Origin: Geobacter sulfurreducens PCA
GTDB taxonomy: Bacteria > Desulfobacterota > Desulfuromonadia > Geobacterales > Geobacteraceae
Assembly (NCBI RefSeq): GCF_000007985.2
Contig: NC_002939.5
Span: 1,590,001 to 1,622,000, forward strand
Direction of reading: 5' to 3'
Length of the DNA: 32,000 nucleotides
This document shows positions 7,226-19,779 of this stretch, in pieces. The translations under genes were made by a program, and so were the position numbers. Each line of letters opens with the position of its first letter. Within the stretch, counting starts at the first letter, position 1. Under the pieces are notes generated by a model. The model was not told the origin of the DNA, did no database searches, and worked only from the letters and a program-made list of their open reading frames with translations.

Positions 7226-8800
7226 ATGACGAAGACGATCATCCCGGCAGTCATGCTCGTGGTGATGCCCTGTGCGGCACTGGCTTCGGCGCCAGCCGAC
7301 CTGTTCCGGGGCGGGAAGATAGACGAGGCGGTGACAGCCTATCGCGCCACCATCGGCCAAGCCTCCGCGGCACGGGAAAAGGCGATGCTCCACAAGGAGT
7401 TGGGCGATCTGTACGCAGAAAAAGATCAGTATGCCGAAGCAGCTGATGAGTACGTCGCGGCTCTGGCGCTCGACCACGGCTTTCCAACGACTGAACGGAT
7501 CAGGATGGCAGTGGCCGTTTCGTGGGCCAACCGGCTGGACGATGCGATCTTCGCGTTGCGCGCCGTGGTTGCCGACGAACCGGACAACACCACTGCCCGG
7601 ACCCATCTGGCCCGAACCCTGTCCTGGCGTGGTGATCAGCCCGATGCCATTGCCGAGGCCGATCGTGTCCTAGCAGCTCGACCCGGAGACCGGGATGCGC
7701 TTCTGGTCAAGGCAAACGCCCTCCGTTGGCAGGGTAACAGTAGCCAGGCCCTGCCGCTCTACCAACAGATCCTGGCGGGGAGTGACGACTTCGATACCCG
7801 CCTGGGTCTTGCCTTTGCCCAGCTCCAGACCGGCAACAAGCAGGAGGCAACCGCCAATGCCGCCATCCTCAAGCCCCGATTCCCCTACCAGGAGCGGGAC
7901 TTGAAGAGACTCCGGGAGGAAATCGAAAATACCACCGCTAATACGGTCGAGGCGTCATACACTCGCTACGGTGATTCGGACGACAACAAGGCGGACCGTT
8001 TCGGCGTTGCCTACACCCATCGCCAGGGTGACTGGAGCCTCTCCGGTTCCTACCGCCACTTCACGGTAAACGATACCGTCGGCGACACCTATGCCGACAT
8101 CCTCGATGCGGGCGGTTATCTGCGCCTGGCCGGCCGCTACGGTGTCGGCGCCGGTATCGGCGTGGCTCGTTTGGACAGCGGCTCATCCGACATGAACCTG
8201 ACCTGGCGCCTCAACGCCGACGCCGATGTAGCGCGAGGCGGTGTAAGTCTTTCCCTGCGCAAGGACGTTCTCACCGACACCGCATCCCTGGTGGAGAACC
8301 GGATCAGATACCTCTCCGCCGGCATCAGCGCCAGCCAGCGCATCACCCAGCGCTTTACCCTGTTCGGCGGTTACTCCTGGCGCGACTACTCCGACGACAA
8401 CAGCGCCCATGACCTGCTTATCGCTCCGTCCTATACCCTCTACACCGGCGACCCCACGGTGCGGACCGGCTACCGCTTCCGATACCTCAATTTCGACCGC
8501 CAGAGCTTCGGCGGCTATTTCGATCCGAACGACTTCATATCTCACCAGCTTTTTGTCTCCGTCGACTGGCAACTCGACCGCATCTTCCTCTATGCGGAGC
8601 CCTATGGCGGATTCCAGTCCTTCGACCGCTACGGCGATCACACCGACGATATCTTCGGCGGCTTCAGCGGCACCCTCGGCTACCGCTTTACCAAGCGCCT
8701 CACGGGTGAGGTGAACGGGGAGCTCGGCAACTACGCCCTCGGCGCCACCTCCGGTTTCGAGTACTACTCCGTCGGAACCCGCTTCGCCTATTCCTTCTGA
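7226..8800 (+). CDS. Outer-membrane TPR + beta-barrel polysaccharide export porin (PgaA/BcsC-like architecture)
   Basis: 524-aa ORF. The signal peptide is [22 protein letters not shown]. It has N-terminal TPRs. The C-terminal half has alternating aromatic/Gly beta-strand patterns and ends in the OMP-type terminal ...RFAYSF. Confidence 0.8.
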   Translation: MTKTIIPAVMLVVMPCAALASAPADLFRGGKIDEAVTAYRATIGQASAAREKAMLHKELGDLYAEKDQYAEAADEYVAALALDHGFPTTERIRMAVAVSWANRLDDAIFALRAVVADEPDNTTARTHLARTLSWRGDQPDAIAEADRVLAARPGDRDALLVKANALRWQGNSSQALPLYQQILAGSDDFDTRLGLAFAQLQTGNKQEATANAAILKPRFPYQERDLKRLREEIENTTANTVEASYTRYGDSDDNKADRFGVAYTHRQGDWSLSGSYRHFTVNDTVGDTYADILDAGGYLRLAGRYGVGAGIGVARLDSGSSDMNLTWRLNADADVARGGVSLSLRKDVLTDTASLVENRIRYLSAGISASQRITQRFTLFGGYSWRDYSDDNSAHDLLIAPSYTLYTGDPTVRTGYRFRYLNFDRQSFGGYFDPNDFISHQLFVSVDWQLDRIFLYAEPYGGFQSFDRYGDHTDDIFGGFSGTLGYRFTKRLTGEVNGELGNYALGATSGFEYYSVGTRFAYSF

Positions 8801-8815
8801 TCAGCCGGCTGAACA

Positions 8816-8843
8816 TGCCCCGTTCGGACCTCCGGACGGGGCA
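8816..8843 (+). terminator. Hairpin terminator after the polysaccharide operon
   Basis: TGCCCCGTTCGG-ACCT-CCGGACGGGGCA forms a 12-bp stem including one G:U pair, followed by CGATTTC. It lies 16 nt after the stop at 8800. Confidence 0.6.
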
Positions 8844-8850
8844 CGATTTC

Positions 8851-8880
8851 TTGACTTTTCGCCGAATGTCCGGCTACTAT
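8851..8880 (+). promoter_or_regulatory. Candidate sigma70 promoter of ispG (TTGACT-18-TACTAT)
   Basis: TTGACT at 8851-8856 and TACTAT at 8875-8880. The -10 ends 8 nt before the ispG ATG at 8889. Confidence 0.4.
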
Positions 8881-8888
8881 GCCCCGTT

Positions 8889-9950
8889 ATGAAAGCCAAG
8901 ACGAGACAGATCCGAGTGGGGAACGTACCGGTGGGCGGCGATGCGCCCTGCTCGGTGCAATCCATGTGCAATACCGATACGCGGGACGCGGGCGCCACCC
9001 TTGATCAGATCAACGCCCTGGCGGCTGCGGGCTGTGAAATCGTCCGCTGCGCCGTCCCCGACATGGCCGCTGCCGAGGCCTTGGGCGCCATCAAGCGCCA
9101 AAGCCCCATCCCGGTTATTGCCGACATCCACTTTGACTACAAACTTGCCCTGAAGGTACTGGAGGGGGGAATTGACGGCCTGCGTCTCAATCCCGGCAAT
9201 ATCGGCGAACGGTGGAAGGTGGAAGAGGTTGTAGCAGCGGCCCGGGAACGGCTGGTACCCATCCGCATCGGCGTCAATGCCGGCTCTCTAGAAAAGGAGC
9301 TTCTTCAGAAATACGGCCACCCGACCGCCGAGGCCATGGTCGAGTCGGCCCTTGGCCATGTGCGTATTCTCGAAGAACTCGGCTACGATCAGATCAAGAT
9401 ATCTCTCAAGGCATCGGACGTACCCAAGACGGTGGCGGCTTACCGGCTTCTGGCCCAACGGATCGACTATCCGCTTCACATCGGCATTACCGAAGCGGGC
9501 ACTATGTTCTCCGGAACCATCAAGTCAGCCGTGGGGCTTGGCATCCTGCTTGCCGACGGCATCGGCGATACGCTCCGGGTATCCCTCACGGGTGATCCGG
9601 TGGACGAGGTGCGGGTCGGCTTCGAGATCCTCAAGGCGCTTAATCTCAGACAAAAAGGGATTAATCTTGTCTCCTGCCCCACCTGCGGCCGTTGCCAGAT
9701 CAACCTCATCGGGGTGGCCGAAGAGGTTGAGAAGCGTCTCGCCGGCATCGACGCCCATCTCACCGTGGCGGTCATGGGATGCGTCGTGAACGGACCCGGC
9801 GAGGCCCGCGAGGCCGACGTGGGGATTGCCGGCGGACGGGGCGAGGGGCTCCTGTTCCGCAACGGGGAAATCGTCCGCAAGGTGCCGGAGGCCGACATGG
9901 CCGATGCGCTGATTGCGGAAGTCGAAAAGATACTCGCTGAAAAACACTAA
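8889..9950 (+). CDS. ispG: 4-hydroxy-3-methylbut-2-en-1-yl diphosphate synthase (MEP pathway)
   Basis: 353 aa. The N-terminus [28 protein letters not shown] matches the conserved IspG/GcpE N-terminus. The C-terminal Fe-S ligands are SCPTCGRC ... GCVVNGPGE. Confidence 0.95.
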   Translation: MKAKTRQIRVGNVPVGGDAPCSVQSMCNTDTRDAGATLDQINALAAAGCEIVRCAVPDMAAAEALGAIKRQSPIPVIADIHFDYKLALKVLEGGIDGLRLNPGNIGERWKVEEVVAAARERLVPIRIGVNAGSLEKELLQKYGHPTAEAMVESALGHVRILEELGYDQIKISLKASDVPKTVAAYRLLAQRIDYPLHIGITEAGTMFSGTIKSAVGLGILLADGIGDTLRVSLTGDPVDEVRVGFEILKALNLRQKGINLVSCPTCGRCQINLIGVAEEVEKRLAGIDAHLTVAVMGCVVNGPGEAREADVGIAGGRGEGLLFRNGEIVRKVPEADMADALIAEVEKILAEKH

Positions 9951-9966
9951 TTTCCGAGGTTAGTCG

Positions 9967-11679
9967 ATGCGTTACACCAACTACTTCATCCCCACCCTCA
10001 AGGAAACCCCGTCCGACGCCGAGGTGGTCTCTCACCAGCTCATGCTCCGGGCCGGTATGATCCGTAAACTTGCCGCGGGCATCTACAATTATCTGCCGTT
10101 GGGACTGCGCTCCATCCGCAAAGTGGAAACAATCGTGCGCGAGGAGATGGACCGCGCCGGCGCCATCGAGCTGCTGATGCCGAGCGTACAACCGGCCGAG
10201 CTCTGGCAGGAATCCACCCGGTGGGAACAGTACGGCAAGGAACTTTTGCGCTTCAAGGACCGCAAGGATGCGGAATTCTGTCTCGGACCCACCCATGAGG
10301 AAGTGGTCACCGACATTGTCCGCCGTGAAGTGAAAAGCTACCGGCAGATGCCCTTCAACCTCTACCAGATCCAGGCCAAGTTCCGGGACGAGATCCGCCC
10401 CCGGTTCGGCCTCATGCGGGGGCGCGAGTTCATCATGAAGGACGCCTATTCCTTCGACGTCGACAGCTCCGCTTCGGATCTTTCCTATGACAAGATGTAC
10501 CAGGCCTATCGCCGGATTTTCCAGCGCTGCGGCCTCAAATTCAGGGCAGTGGAGGCAGATACCGGCTCCATCGGCGGTTCGTCGTCCCACGAATTCATGG
10601 TGCTTGCCGATTCGGGCGAGGATGCCATTGTTTCATGCACCCAGTGCGAGTATGCCGCCAACGTGGAAAAGGCCGAGGCCCGACCCGCCCCTGCCGAGCA
10701 TGCCGAGCCGCGCCCTCTGGAAAAGGTGGAGACACCGGCCAAGCGGAGTGTCGAAGAGGTAACGGCCTTCCTCGGCATCCCCTCGTCCGCCCTGGTGAAA
10801 ACGCTGCTGGTAGTGGCCGACGGTACACCCGTGGCCGCCCTCGTGCGCGGCGATCACGACCTGAACGAGATCAAGCTCAAACATTTGTTGGGTTGCGAGA
10901 CCCTGGAGATGGCCAACGAGGAAATGGTGACCAGGGTAACCGGCGCTCCCGTGGGCTTTGCCGGCCCGGTGGGGCTGAACATCAAGATCGTTGCCGATCT
11001 GGCCGTCCAGGGGATGAAGAACTTCGTTACCGGAGCCAATGCCGGCGATCTGCACCTGAAAAACGTCACCATCGGCCGCGACTTTACCCCGACTCAGTAT
11101 GCCGACATCCGCAACGTGGTCCACGGTGACCCCTGTCCCCGTTGCGAGGCGGGACACCTCGAACTGTGGCGAGGCATCGAGGTGGGGCACGTCTTCAAGC
11201 TGGGCACCAAGTATTCGGAGGCCCTGCGCGCCACCTACCTGGACGCCGACGGCAAGGAGCAGATCATCTTCATGGGGTGCTACGGTATTGGCATCAGCCG
11301 GACCGTGGCCGCCTGCATCGAGCAGAACCATGATGCCGACGGCATCATCTTCCCCATTCCCATTGCCCCGTTCCACTGCATCGTCTCGGCGGTCAACACC
11401 AAGGACGCAGAGGTCATGGCCGCCTGTGAGTCACTCTATCTCGACCTGCGCGCCGCAGGGGTGGAGGTGCTCTTCGACGATCGCGACGAGCGCCCAGGCA
11501 TCAAGTTCAAGGACGCCGATCTCATCGGCATACCCCTCCGTTTGGTGGTCGGCTCGAAGAATCTGGCCGACGGCAAGGTGGAGCTCAAGAGCCGCAGGAC
11601 CGGCGAGGTGGAACTGCTTCCGCTGGCCGGCGCGGTGGAAAAGGTCCGGAACATCGTGGCCGAAGCCCTCGGCCGGTAA
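9967..11679 (+). CDS. proS: Proline--tRNA ligase (bacterial type with editing insertion domain)
   Basis: 570 aa. Contains [46 protein letters not shown], class II motifs [25 protein letters not shown] and GCYGIGISR. Confidence 0.95.
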   Translation: MRYTNYFIPTLKETPSDAEVVSHQLMLRAGMIRKLAAGIYNYLPLGLRSIRKVETIVREEMDRAGAIELLMPSVQPAELWQESTRWEQYGKELLRFKDRKDAEFCLGPTHEEVVTDIVRREVKSYRQMPFNLYQIQAKFRDEIRPRFGLMRGREFIMKDAYSFDVDSSASDLSYDKMYQAYRRIFQRCGLKFRAVEADTGSIGGSSSHEFMVLADSGEDAIVSCTQCEYAANVEKAEARPAPAEHAEPRPLEKVETPAKRSVEEVTAFLGIPSSALVKTLLVVADGTPVAALVRGDHDLNEIKLKHLLGCETLEMANEEMVTRVTGAPVGFAGPVGLNIKIVADLAVQGMKNFVTGANAGDLHLKNVTIGRDFTPTQYADIRNVVHGDPCPRCEAGHLELWRGIEVGHVFKLGTKYSEALRATYLDADGKEQIIFMGCYGIGISRTVAACIEQNHDADGIIFPIPIAPFHCIVSAVNTKDAEVMAACESLYLDLRAAGVEVLFDDRDERPGIKFKDADLIGIPLRLVVGSKNLADGKVELKSRRTGEVELLPLAGAVEKVRNIVAEALGR

Positions 11680-11702
11680 CCGTACAAGGAGATATCACCG
11701 TT

Positions 11703-12422
11703 ATGACAAGAGATCAAGCGCGGGAGAAGGTTATCTTCGCCCTCGATTCCAGTGAATTCGCCCATGTCCAGTACTGGGCCGAAACCCTGTCCGACCGGGT
11801 GGGCATGTTCAAGGTCGGCAAGCAGTTGTTCACCGCCTGCGGGCCGGCCACGGTCCGGATGATCCAGAAATTCGGCGGAGAGGTTTTCCTGGACCTCAAG
11901 TTCCACGATATTCCCAACACCGTTGCCATGGCCTCCCTTGAGGCAGCCCGGCTGGGAGTAAAACTCTTCAACCTCCATGCCCTGGGAGGGTACGAGATGA
12001 TGGCCCGCACGGTGGAGGCGCTGGACAAGGAGTTCAAGGGGGGGGAGAGAGCGAAGGTGCTGGCCGTTACCATCCTTACCTCCTCAACCGAAGAGACCCT
12101 GCGCCAGGTGGGGATCGAATCGCCGGTGGAGGAGATGGTCGTGCGGCTCGCCACCCTGGCCAGGAAGGCCGGCATCGACGGCGTGGTCGCTTCACCGCGG
12201 GAGATCCCCCTTATCCGCGAGGCATGCGGTCCCGATTTCCTCATCGTCACGCCGGGGGTACGCCCGGCCTTCGCCGCTCTCAACGACCAGAAGCGGGTCA
12301 TGACTCCTGCTGAAGCGGTCAGGGCAGGGGGGGATTACCTCGTTATCGGCCGCCCGATCGGCGACGCCCCTGACCCGGCCGGCGCAGCCGAAATGATTCT
12401 CGACGAGATCATGGCCGGCTGA
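11703..12422 (+). CDS. pyrF: Orotidine 5'-phosphate decarboxylase
   Basis: 239 aa. Contains FALDSS..., FKVGKQLF, VFLDLKFHDIPNTV, and LVIGRPI at the C-terminus. Confidence 0.93.
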   Translation: MTRDQAREKVIFALDSSEFAHVQYWAETLSDRVGMFKVGKQLFTACGPATVRMIQKFGGEVFLDLKFHDIPNTVAMASLEAARLGVKLFNLHALGGYEMMARTVEALDKEFKGGERAKVLAVTILTSSTEETLRQVGIESPVEEMVVRLATLARKAGIDGVVASPREIPLIREACGPDFLIVTPGVRPAFAALNDQKRVMTPAEAVRAGGDYLVIGRPIGDAPDPAGAAEMILDEIMAG

Positions 12423-12441
12423 GGGAAAAAGGAACCACAGC

Positions 12442-13179
12442 GTGAAAGAAGAAATTCTGTACGGAATCAACAGTGTGATGGAGGCCCTGCGCGGATCGCG
12501 GAGGGCCTTCGAACTTTTCGTTTCCCGGGAGACCCACGACCGGCGCACGGAGAAACTGCTCGCGTTTGCCGCTGAAAGGGGGGTGCCGGTCCGAACGCGC
12601 GACAAGCGCGACCTTGCCCGTCTCTGCGGTACCGACCACCATCAGGGTGTTGCCCTGCGAGTCGAAGGCTTTGCGTACGCCGCTCTTGAAGACATCATCG
12701 CCTCATGGCAATCCTCCGGGGAGCCGGGACTCATTCTTGTTTTGGATGGAATACAGGACCCGCACAATCTGGGAGCGCTCATCCGAAGCGCCGCCTGTGC
12801 CGGAGCCCATGGCGTCATTATCCCCAGAGACCGGGCCGCCGGCGTAACCGCTTCGGTTGAAAAGATTTCTGCCGGCGCAACAGAGACGATTCCGGTGGCC
12901 CAGGTGACGAATGTCGTCCAGGCGCTGGAAACTCTCAAAGAAGAAGGGTTCTGGGCATTCGGCACTGCCGACAGTGCGGCCTCGTCACTCTATAGTCATG
13001 ACTTGACCGGCAATGTCGTCATCGTGATCGGCGGTGAAGGGGAGGGGGTCAGGCCCCTCGTGCGGAAGAAGTGCGATTTCCTCGTGGCTATCCCCCTGAA
13101 AGGAGGGGTTAGCTCGCTCAATGCCTCAGTGGCGGGGGGCGTTGTCCTCTTCGAGGTGGTGCGACAGCGTCTGTCTTGA
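12442..13179 (+). CDS. rlmB: 23S rRNA (guanosine-2'-O-)-methyltransferase RlmB-like (SpoU/TrmH family with N-terminal SpoU_sub_bind region)
   Basis: GTG start, 245 aa. The N-terminus EILYGINSVMEAL parallels E. coli RlmB. SpoU motifs are LDGIQDPHNLGALIRSA, VIVIGGEGEGV and SLNASVAGGVVLFE. Confidence 0.85.
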   Translation: MKEEILYGINSVMEALRGSRRAFELFVSRETHDRRTEKLLAFAAERGVPVRTRDKRDLARLCGTDHHQGVALRVEGFAYAALEDIIASWQSSGEPGLILVLDGIQDPHNLGALIRSAACAGAHGVIIPRDRAAGVTASVEKISAGATETIPVAQVTNVVQALETLKEEGFWAFGTADSAASSLYSHDLTGNVVIVIGGEGEGVRPLVRKKCDFLVAIPLKGGVSSLNASVAGGVVLFEVVRQRLS

Positions 13180-13256
13180 CGCTGTGTACGCGTGTCTGAA
13201 TGGGGAAAGGTTTTGTGTTAAATTGTGTCAAATAGCTTGTGAATAAGGTTGTTGAT

Positions 13257-13290
13257 AAAAAAGGGGCTCCCCATCGGGAAGCCCTTTTTT
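13257..13290. terminator. Bidirectional rho-independent terminator shared by rlmB (+) and tRNA-Leu (-)
   Basis: AAAAAAGGGGCTCCCCATCGGGAAGCCCTTTTTT forms a GC-rich stem with one bulge. An A-tract flanks it on the left and a T-tract on the right, so either strand reads hairpin + U-tract. Confidence 0.7.
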
Positions 13291-13293
13291 AGC

Positions 13294-13380
13294 TGGTGCC
13301 GGAGGTCGGAATCGAACCGACACGGGGTTGCCCCCGGCGGATTTTGAGTCCGCTGCGTCTACCAGTTTCACCACTCCGGC
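13294..13380 (-). tRNA. tRNA-Leu (anticodon CAA), class II with long variable arm, CCA encoded
   Basis: The reverse complement reads GCCGGAGTGGTGAAACTGGTAGACGCAGCGGACTCAAAATCCGCCGGGGGCAACCCCGTGTCGGTTCGATTCCGACCTCCGGCACCA. The anticodon loop is CT-CAA-AA, the T-loop is GGTTCGATTCC, and the length is 87 nt. Confidence 0.93.
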
Positions 13381-13392
13381 AAAAGTGTTCGG

Positions 13393-13422
13393 ATTATAGA
13401 TGCAAGGTCGGCGGAGCGTCAA
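13393..13422 (-). promoter_or_regulatory. Candidate sigma70 promoter of tRNA-Leu (TTGACG-18-TATAAT)
   Basis: On the reverse strand TTGACG is the complement of 13417-13422 and TATAAT the complement of 13393-13398. The -10 lies 12 nt upstream of the mature 5' end at 13380. Confidence 0.6.
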
Positions 13423-13458
13423 GGGGAAATGCCCTCTGCGCAGGTGATAAAAAATGTG

Positions 13459-13487
13459 TTGACACCCCTCGACCTGTTTGGTATAAA
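13459..13487 (+). promoter_or_regulatory. Candidate sigma70 promoter of tRNA-Ala (TTGACA-17-TATAAA)
   Basis: Consensus TTGACA at 13459-13464, 17-nt spacer, TATAAA at 13482-13487. It sits 17 nt upstream of the tRNA 5' end. Confidence 0.7.
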
Positions 13488-13504
13488 TCAGGTCTCTTTT
13501 GAAC

Positions 13505-13580
<76 letters not shown>

Positions 13581-13590
13581 AAACACAGAA

Positions 13591-13617
13591 GGTTGGCCGA
13601 AAGGCCAACCCCTTTTT
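13591..13617 (+). terminator. Rho-independent terminator after tRNA-Ala
   Basis: GGTTGGCC-GAAA-GGCCAACC is a perfect 8-bp stem with a GNRA-type loop, followed by CCTTTTTG. Confidence 0.85.
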
Positions 13618-13685
13618 GCGTCTTATGGTGCATCTGTCAAGGTCTTTCCCTTGTGCGTCGGCAGTCTATTATTCCTTGAAGTAGA

Positions 13686-13714
13686 TTTGCGCTTTCAGTA
13701 TACTTGACCGGTTT
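13686..13714 (+). promoter_or_regulatory. Candidate sigma70 promoter of aspS (TTGAAG-17-TATACT)
   Basis: TTGAAG at 13686-13691, 17-nt spacer, TATACT at 13709-13714. AGGAGG at 13729-13734 precedes the ATG at 13745. Confidence 0.6.
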
Positions 13715-13744
13715 TTTAAGTGACGAGACAGGAGGTTTTTACCG

Positions 13745-15529
13745 ATGACCGATATGCTTGGCGACTGGAAACGATCTCACCTCTGCGGAACCTTGACCAA
13801 AGCCGATGTGGGCAAGCAGGTGACGCTCATGGGCTGGGTGATGCGCCGTCGTGACCACGGCGGACTCATTTTTATCGATCTTCGCGACCGGGAAGGGCTT
13901 GCCCAGATTGTTTTCGATCCCGCCAAGGCGCCAGAGGCCCATCGGGAGGCCGAGGCCGTCCGCAACGAATACGTCGTGGCCATTAAGGGTGAGGTTGTTC
14001 CGCGCCCCGAGGGGACCGTCAATCCGAACATGAAAACGGGAGAAGTGGAGATTCTCGTCACCCAGTGCAAGTTGTTGAACCGTTCCAAGGCGCTTCCCTT
14101 TACGCTTGATGATTATGTCGATGTGGCCGAGAACCTGCGCCTCAAGCATCGTTATCTCGATCTGCGCCGTACGCCTCTTCAACAGAACCTGATTCTTCGT
14201 TCCCGGGTTAGCCAGGTTACCCGCCAGTATCTGACCGAAAACGGTTTTCTGGAGATTGAAACTCCGTTCCTCACCAAGTCGACCCCCGAAGGCGCCAGGG
14301 ACTTCCTCGTGCCGTCCCGGATCAATCAAGGCAACTTTTACGCTCTCCCTCAATCGCCCCAGATATTTAAGCAGATTCTCATGATTTCGGGTTTTGATCG
14401 CTACTTCCAGGTCGTTCGCTGCTTCCGGGACGAAGACCTGCGGGCCGATCGCCAGCCGGAGTTTACGCAAATCGACTGTGAGCTTTCCTTTGTTGATCGC
14501 GATGACGTTATTGCCGTCATGGAAGGCTTGATCGCGCGAATTTTCAAGGAGGCAAAGGAGATTGACGTTCAGCTTCCGATCCCGCGCATGACGTATGCCG
14601 AGGCGATCCGCCGCTACGGCGTCGATAACCCCGATGTCCGTTTTGGCCTTGAATTGGTGGAGCTGACAGACATCGTCAAAGGATCCGGCTTCAAGGTTTT
14701 CGCCGATGTGGCCGCCGGCGGGGGTATCATCAAGGGGCTCAACGCCAAGGGCTGCGCACGCTTCTCCCGCAAGGAGATCGACGACCTTACCGAATTCGTC
14801 AAGATTTATGGAGCCAAGGGGCTCGCGTATGTCAAGATCGAGGGAGGAGAATGGCACTCTCCCATAGCCAAGTTCTTTACCGCCCAAGAGATTGCCGATA
14901 TGAATAGGGCTTTCGGAGCCGAGGAAGGCGACCTTCTCCTTTTTGTGGCCGACAAGCCGAAGGTCGTCAATGACTCGCTGGGCAAGCTCCGCAATCAACT
15001 GGCCCAGATTCTCGGACTCGTCGACAAGGGGACCTTCAAATTTGTCTGGATCACTGACTTCCCGTTGCTGGAGTGGGACGAGGAGGAGAAGCGTTGGGCC
15101 GCTGTCCATCACCCCTTCACCGCACCCATGGACGAAGATCTCGACAAGGTCGAGTCAGACCCCGGGGCCTGCCGTGCCAAGGCCTACGACCTGGTTCTCA
15201 ATGGTAACGAGATCGGTGGCGGTAGTATCAGGATTCATCAACAGCACATCCAGTCACTGATGTTCAGGATGCTCGGCCTGTCCGAGGAAGAGGCCCGCGC
15301 CAAATTCGGATTCCTTCTGGATGCTCTGGAATTCGGCACACCTCCGCACGGAGGCATTGCCTTCGGCATGGATCGACTCATAATGCTTCTTACTGGCAGT
15401 GACTCCATCCGAGACGTTATTGCGTTCCCCAAAACGCAGAAGGGTGCTTGTCTCATGTCCGACGCCCCGTCGCCGGTTGATTCTAAGCAGCTCAGGGAGT
15501 TGGCCATCAAGGTGACGGTCAAGCAGTGA
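13745..15529 (+). CDS. aspS: Aspartate--tRNA ligase (bacterial type with GAD insertion domain)
   Basis: 594 aa. Contains [40 protein letters not shown] and GGGSIRIH...[13 protein letters not shown]. Confidence 0.95.
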   Translation: MTDMLGDWKRSHLCGTLTKADVGKQVTLMGWVMRRRDHGGLIFIDLRDREGLAQIVFDPAKAPEAHREAEAVRNEYVVAIKGEVVPRPEGTVNPNMKTGEVEILVTQCKLLNRSKALPFTLDDYVDVAENLRLKHRYLDLRRTPLQQNLILRSRVSQVTRQYLTENGFLEIETPFLTKSTPEGARDFLVPSRINQGNFYALPQSPQIFKQILMISGFDRYFQVVRCFRDEDLRADRQPEFTQIDCELSFVDRDDVIAVMEGLIARIFKEAKEIDVQLPIPRMTYAEAIRRYGVDNPDVRFGLELVELTDIVKGSGFKVFADVAAGGGIIKGLNAKGCARFSRKEIDDLTEFVKIYGAKGLAYVKIEGGEWHSPIAKFFTAQEIADMNRAFGAEEGDLLLFVADKPKVVNDSLGKLRNQLAQILGLVDKGTFKFVWITDFPLLEWDEEEKRWAAVHHPFTAPMDEDLDKVESDPGACRAKAYDLVLNGNEIGGGSIRIHQQHIQSLMFRMLGLSEEEARAKFGFLLDALEFGTPPHGGIAFGMDRLIMLLTGSDSIRDVIAFPKTQKGACLMSDAPSPVDSKQLRELAIKVTVKQ

Positions 15530-15542
15530 TCGGGGATTCCCT

Positions 15543-16232
15543 ATGAAGGTCCGTGCCGGCATTTCCGCACTTGTGACCATTGCGGTTCTTGCGGGGTGCG
15601 CCTCACACCTGCCGGTCTACCGGATTGATGCTCTCGCCAGGCTTTCTGCTGTAAAGATGATGGGGGCGGAGAAGTATGCACCTCCGGAGTTGGCTAGTCT
15701 TCAACAGGCCATTGTCGATGGGGACGCGCTCATGCAGAGTGGTGAGCATGAGCTGGCCGACAGCTATTATCTGCTGGCCATTCGCAAAAGCGAGGCCGTG
15801 GAGCGGAGCATCGCCCGTGAGCGTGAACATGAACGGGCGATGCAGGTGCGGAGCGAGAACGAGCGGCTTGCTCGTGAGCGCCAGAAGGCACTCGAAGAAC
15901 TGAAACGCGAACTTGCGGAAAAGGAAAAGGAAGAGAAAAAGCGAATCGAAAGAGCTCCTCAGCCTGTCCGTGACAAGGAGAAAGAAAAAGAGGTCAGGTC
16001 GTTTCCGCTCCACCATACGGTAAAGCGTGGCGAAAGCCTTCCGCAAATCGCCGCACAGCCTGACGTTTACGGCGATGCAGCGCTCTGGCCTCTCTTGTAC
16101 CGTGCCAACCGCGATCAGATACGTGACCCTGGTAGAATATGGCCTGGACAGGTACTCAGAATTCCTCGAAATATCTCACGTGATGACCTCGCGGAGGCAA
16201 GGCGTTACGCGCAGGAGCGACCAGCGCCCTGA
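15543..16232 (+). CDS. Lipoprotein with a Lys/Glu-rich coiled-coil region and a C-terminal LysM peptidoglycan-binding domain
   Basis: 229 aa. The lipobox is VLAGC. The charged stretch is ERLARERQKALEELKRELAEKEKEEKKRIE. The LysM-like C-terminus is HHTVKRGESLPQIAAQPDVYGDAALWPLLYRANRDQIRDPGRIWPGQVLRIP. Confidence 0.8.
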   Translation: MKVRAGISALVTIAVLAGCASHLPVYRIDALARLSAVKMMGAEKYAPPELASLQQAIVDGDALMQSGEHELADSYYLLAIRKSEAVERSIAREREHERAMQVRSENERLARERQKALEELKRELAEKEKEEKKRIERAPQPVRDKEKEKEVRSFPLHHTVKRGESLPQIAAQPDVYGDAALWPLLYRANRDQIRDPGRIWPGQVLRIPRNISRDDLAEARRYAQERPAP

Positions 16233-16250
16233 TCACGTGGGAAGAGACAG

Positions 16251-16276
16251 AAAGCCGGGATTTTCCCGGCTTTTTT
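16251..16276 (+). terminator. Rho-independent terminator after the LysM lipoprotein gene
   Basis: AAAGCCGGGA-TTT-TCCCGGCTTTTTT has a perfect 7-bp GC-rich stem (extendable by A:T pairs) followed by a T6 run. Confidence 0.85.
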
Positions 16277-16324
16277 GCGTCTAACCCGTTGGCTTTTTTG
16301 TAGTATACGGAAAAGGATTTTTTC

Positions 16325-16351
16325 TTGACAGCAACTAACCTTTTGTATACT
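16325..16351 (+). promoter_or_regulatory. Candidate sigma70 promoter upstream of icd (consensus TTGACA; -10 TATACT at a short 15-nt spacing, or TACTGT at 17)
   Basis: TTGACA at 16325-16330. The -10 candidates lie inside the palindrome at 16343-16359. The spacer length is not ideal, so the assignment is uncertain. Confidence 0.4.
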
Positions 16352-16359
16352 GTATACAA
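16343..16359. promoter_or_regulatory. Perfect 17-bp palindromic operator candidate TTGTATAC-T-GTATACAA
   Basis: The reverse complement of TTGTATAC (16343-16350) equals GTATACAA (16352-16359). It overlaps the -10 region of the putative icd promoter. A degenerate copy, TTGTAGTATAC, lies at 16298-16308. Confidence 0.55.
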
Positions 16360-16516
16360 ACTGATTTTGGAGTATGTTAGGCTTATTTCATGTAAGTTGG
16401 TTGAGTTGGCAGGGTTGTAGGTCGTTGCTGTAAAAATGTAAGACTGTGGCGGCGGAAATGGCCATGGTGAAAATCTGTGGATTGGTTTGTCATTAGGCCT
16501 CAGGCGACGTTAGTAA

Positions 16517-18757
<2,241 letters not shown>

Positions 18758-18785
18758 TGACGTAGGAAGTACACATATCTGCTAA

Positions 18786-19754
<969 letters not shown>

Positions 19755-19779
19755 GGTGTTGTTACCCATGACGCAGCAA

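Noticed and set aside
2443-7606. Long minus-strand ORFs across the polysaccharide locus (2443..3447, 4504..5637, 5683..6633, 6608..7606).
   Set aside because: These are GC-rich shadow frames rich in Arg, Gly, Pro and His, with no motifs. The plus-strand genes carry clear GT2, CE4 and TPR signatures and are translationally coupled.
13739-15112. 457-aa ORF antisense to aspS, plus similar antisense ORFs at 18750..19784 (mdh), 20188..21240 (korA) and 21237..22238 (korB).
   Set aside because: They are shadow ORFs opposite unambiguous genes. The aspS, mdh and korA ones are in the exact codon-mirror frame by arithmetic. None shows a domain signature.
16232-16240. 9-mer ATCACGTGG occurs both here and at 25852-25860, each time between a stop codon and a terminator.
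   Set aside because: In 32 kb one expects on the order of a thousand or more chance 9-mer repeats, since the number of pairs divided by 4^9 is large. Nothing else supports a function.
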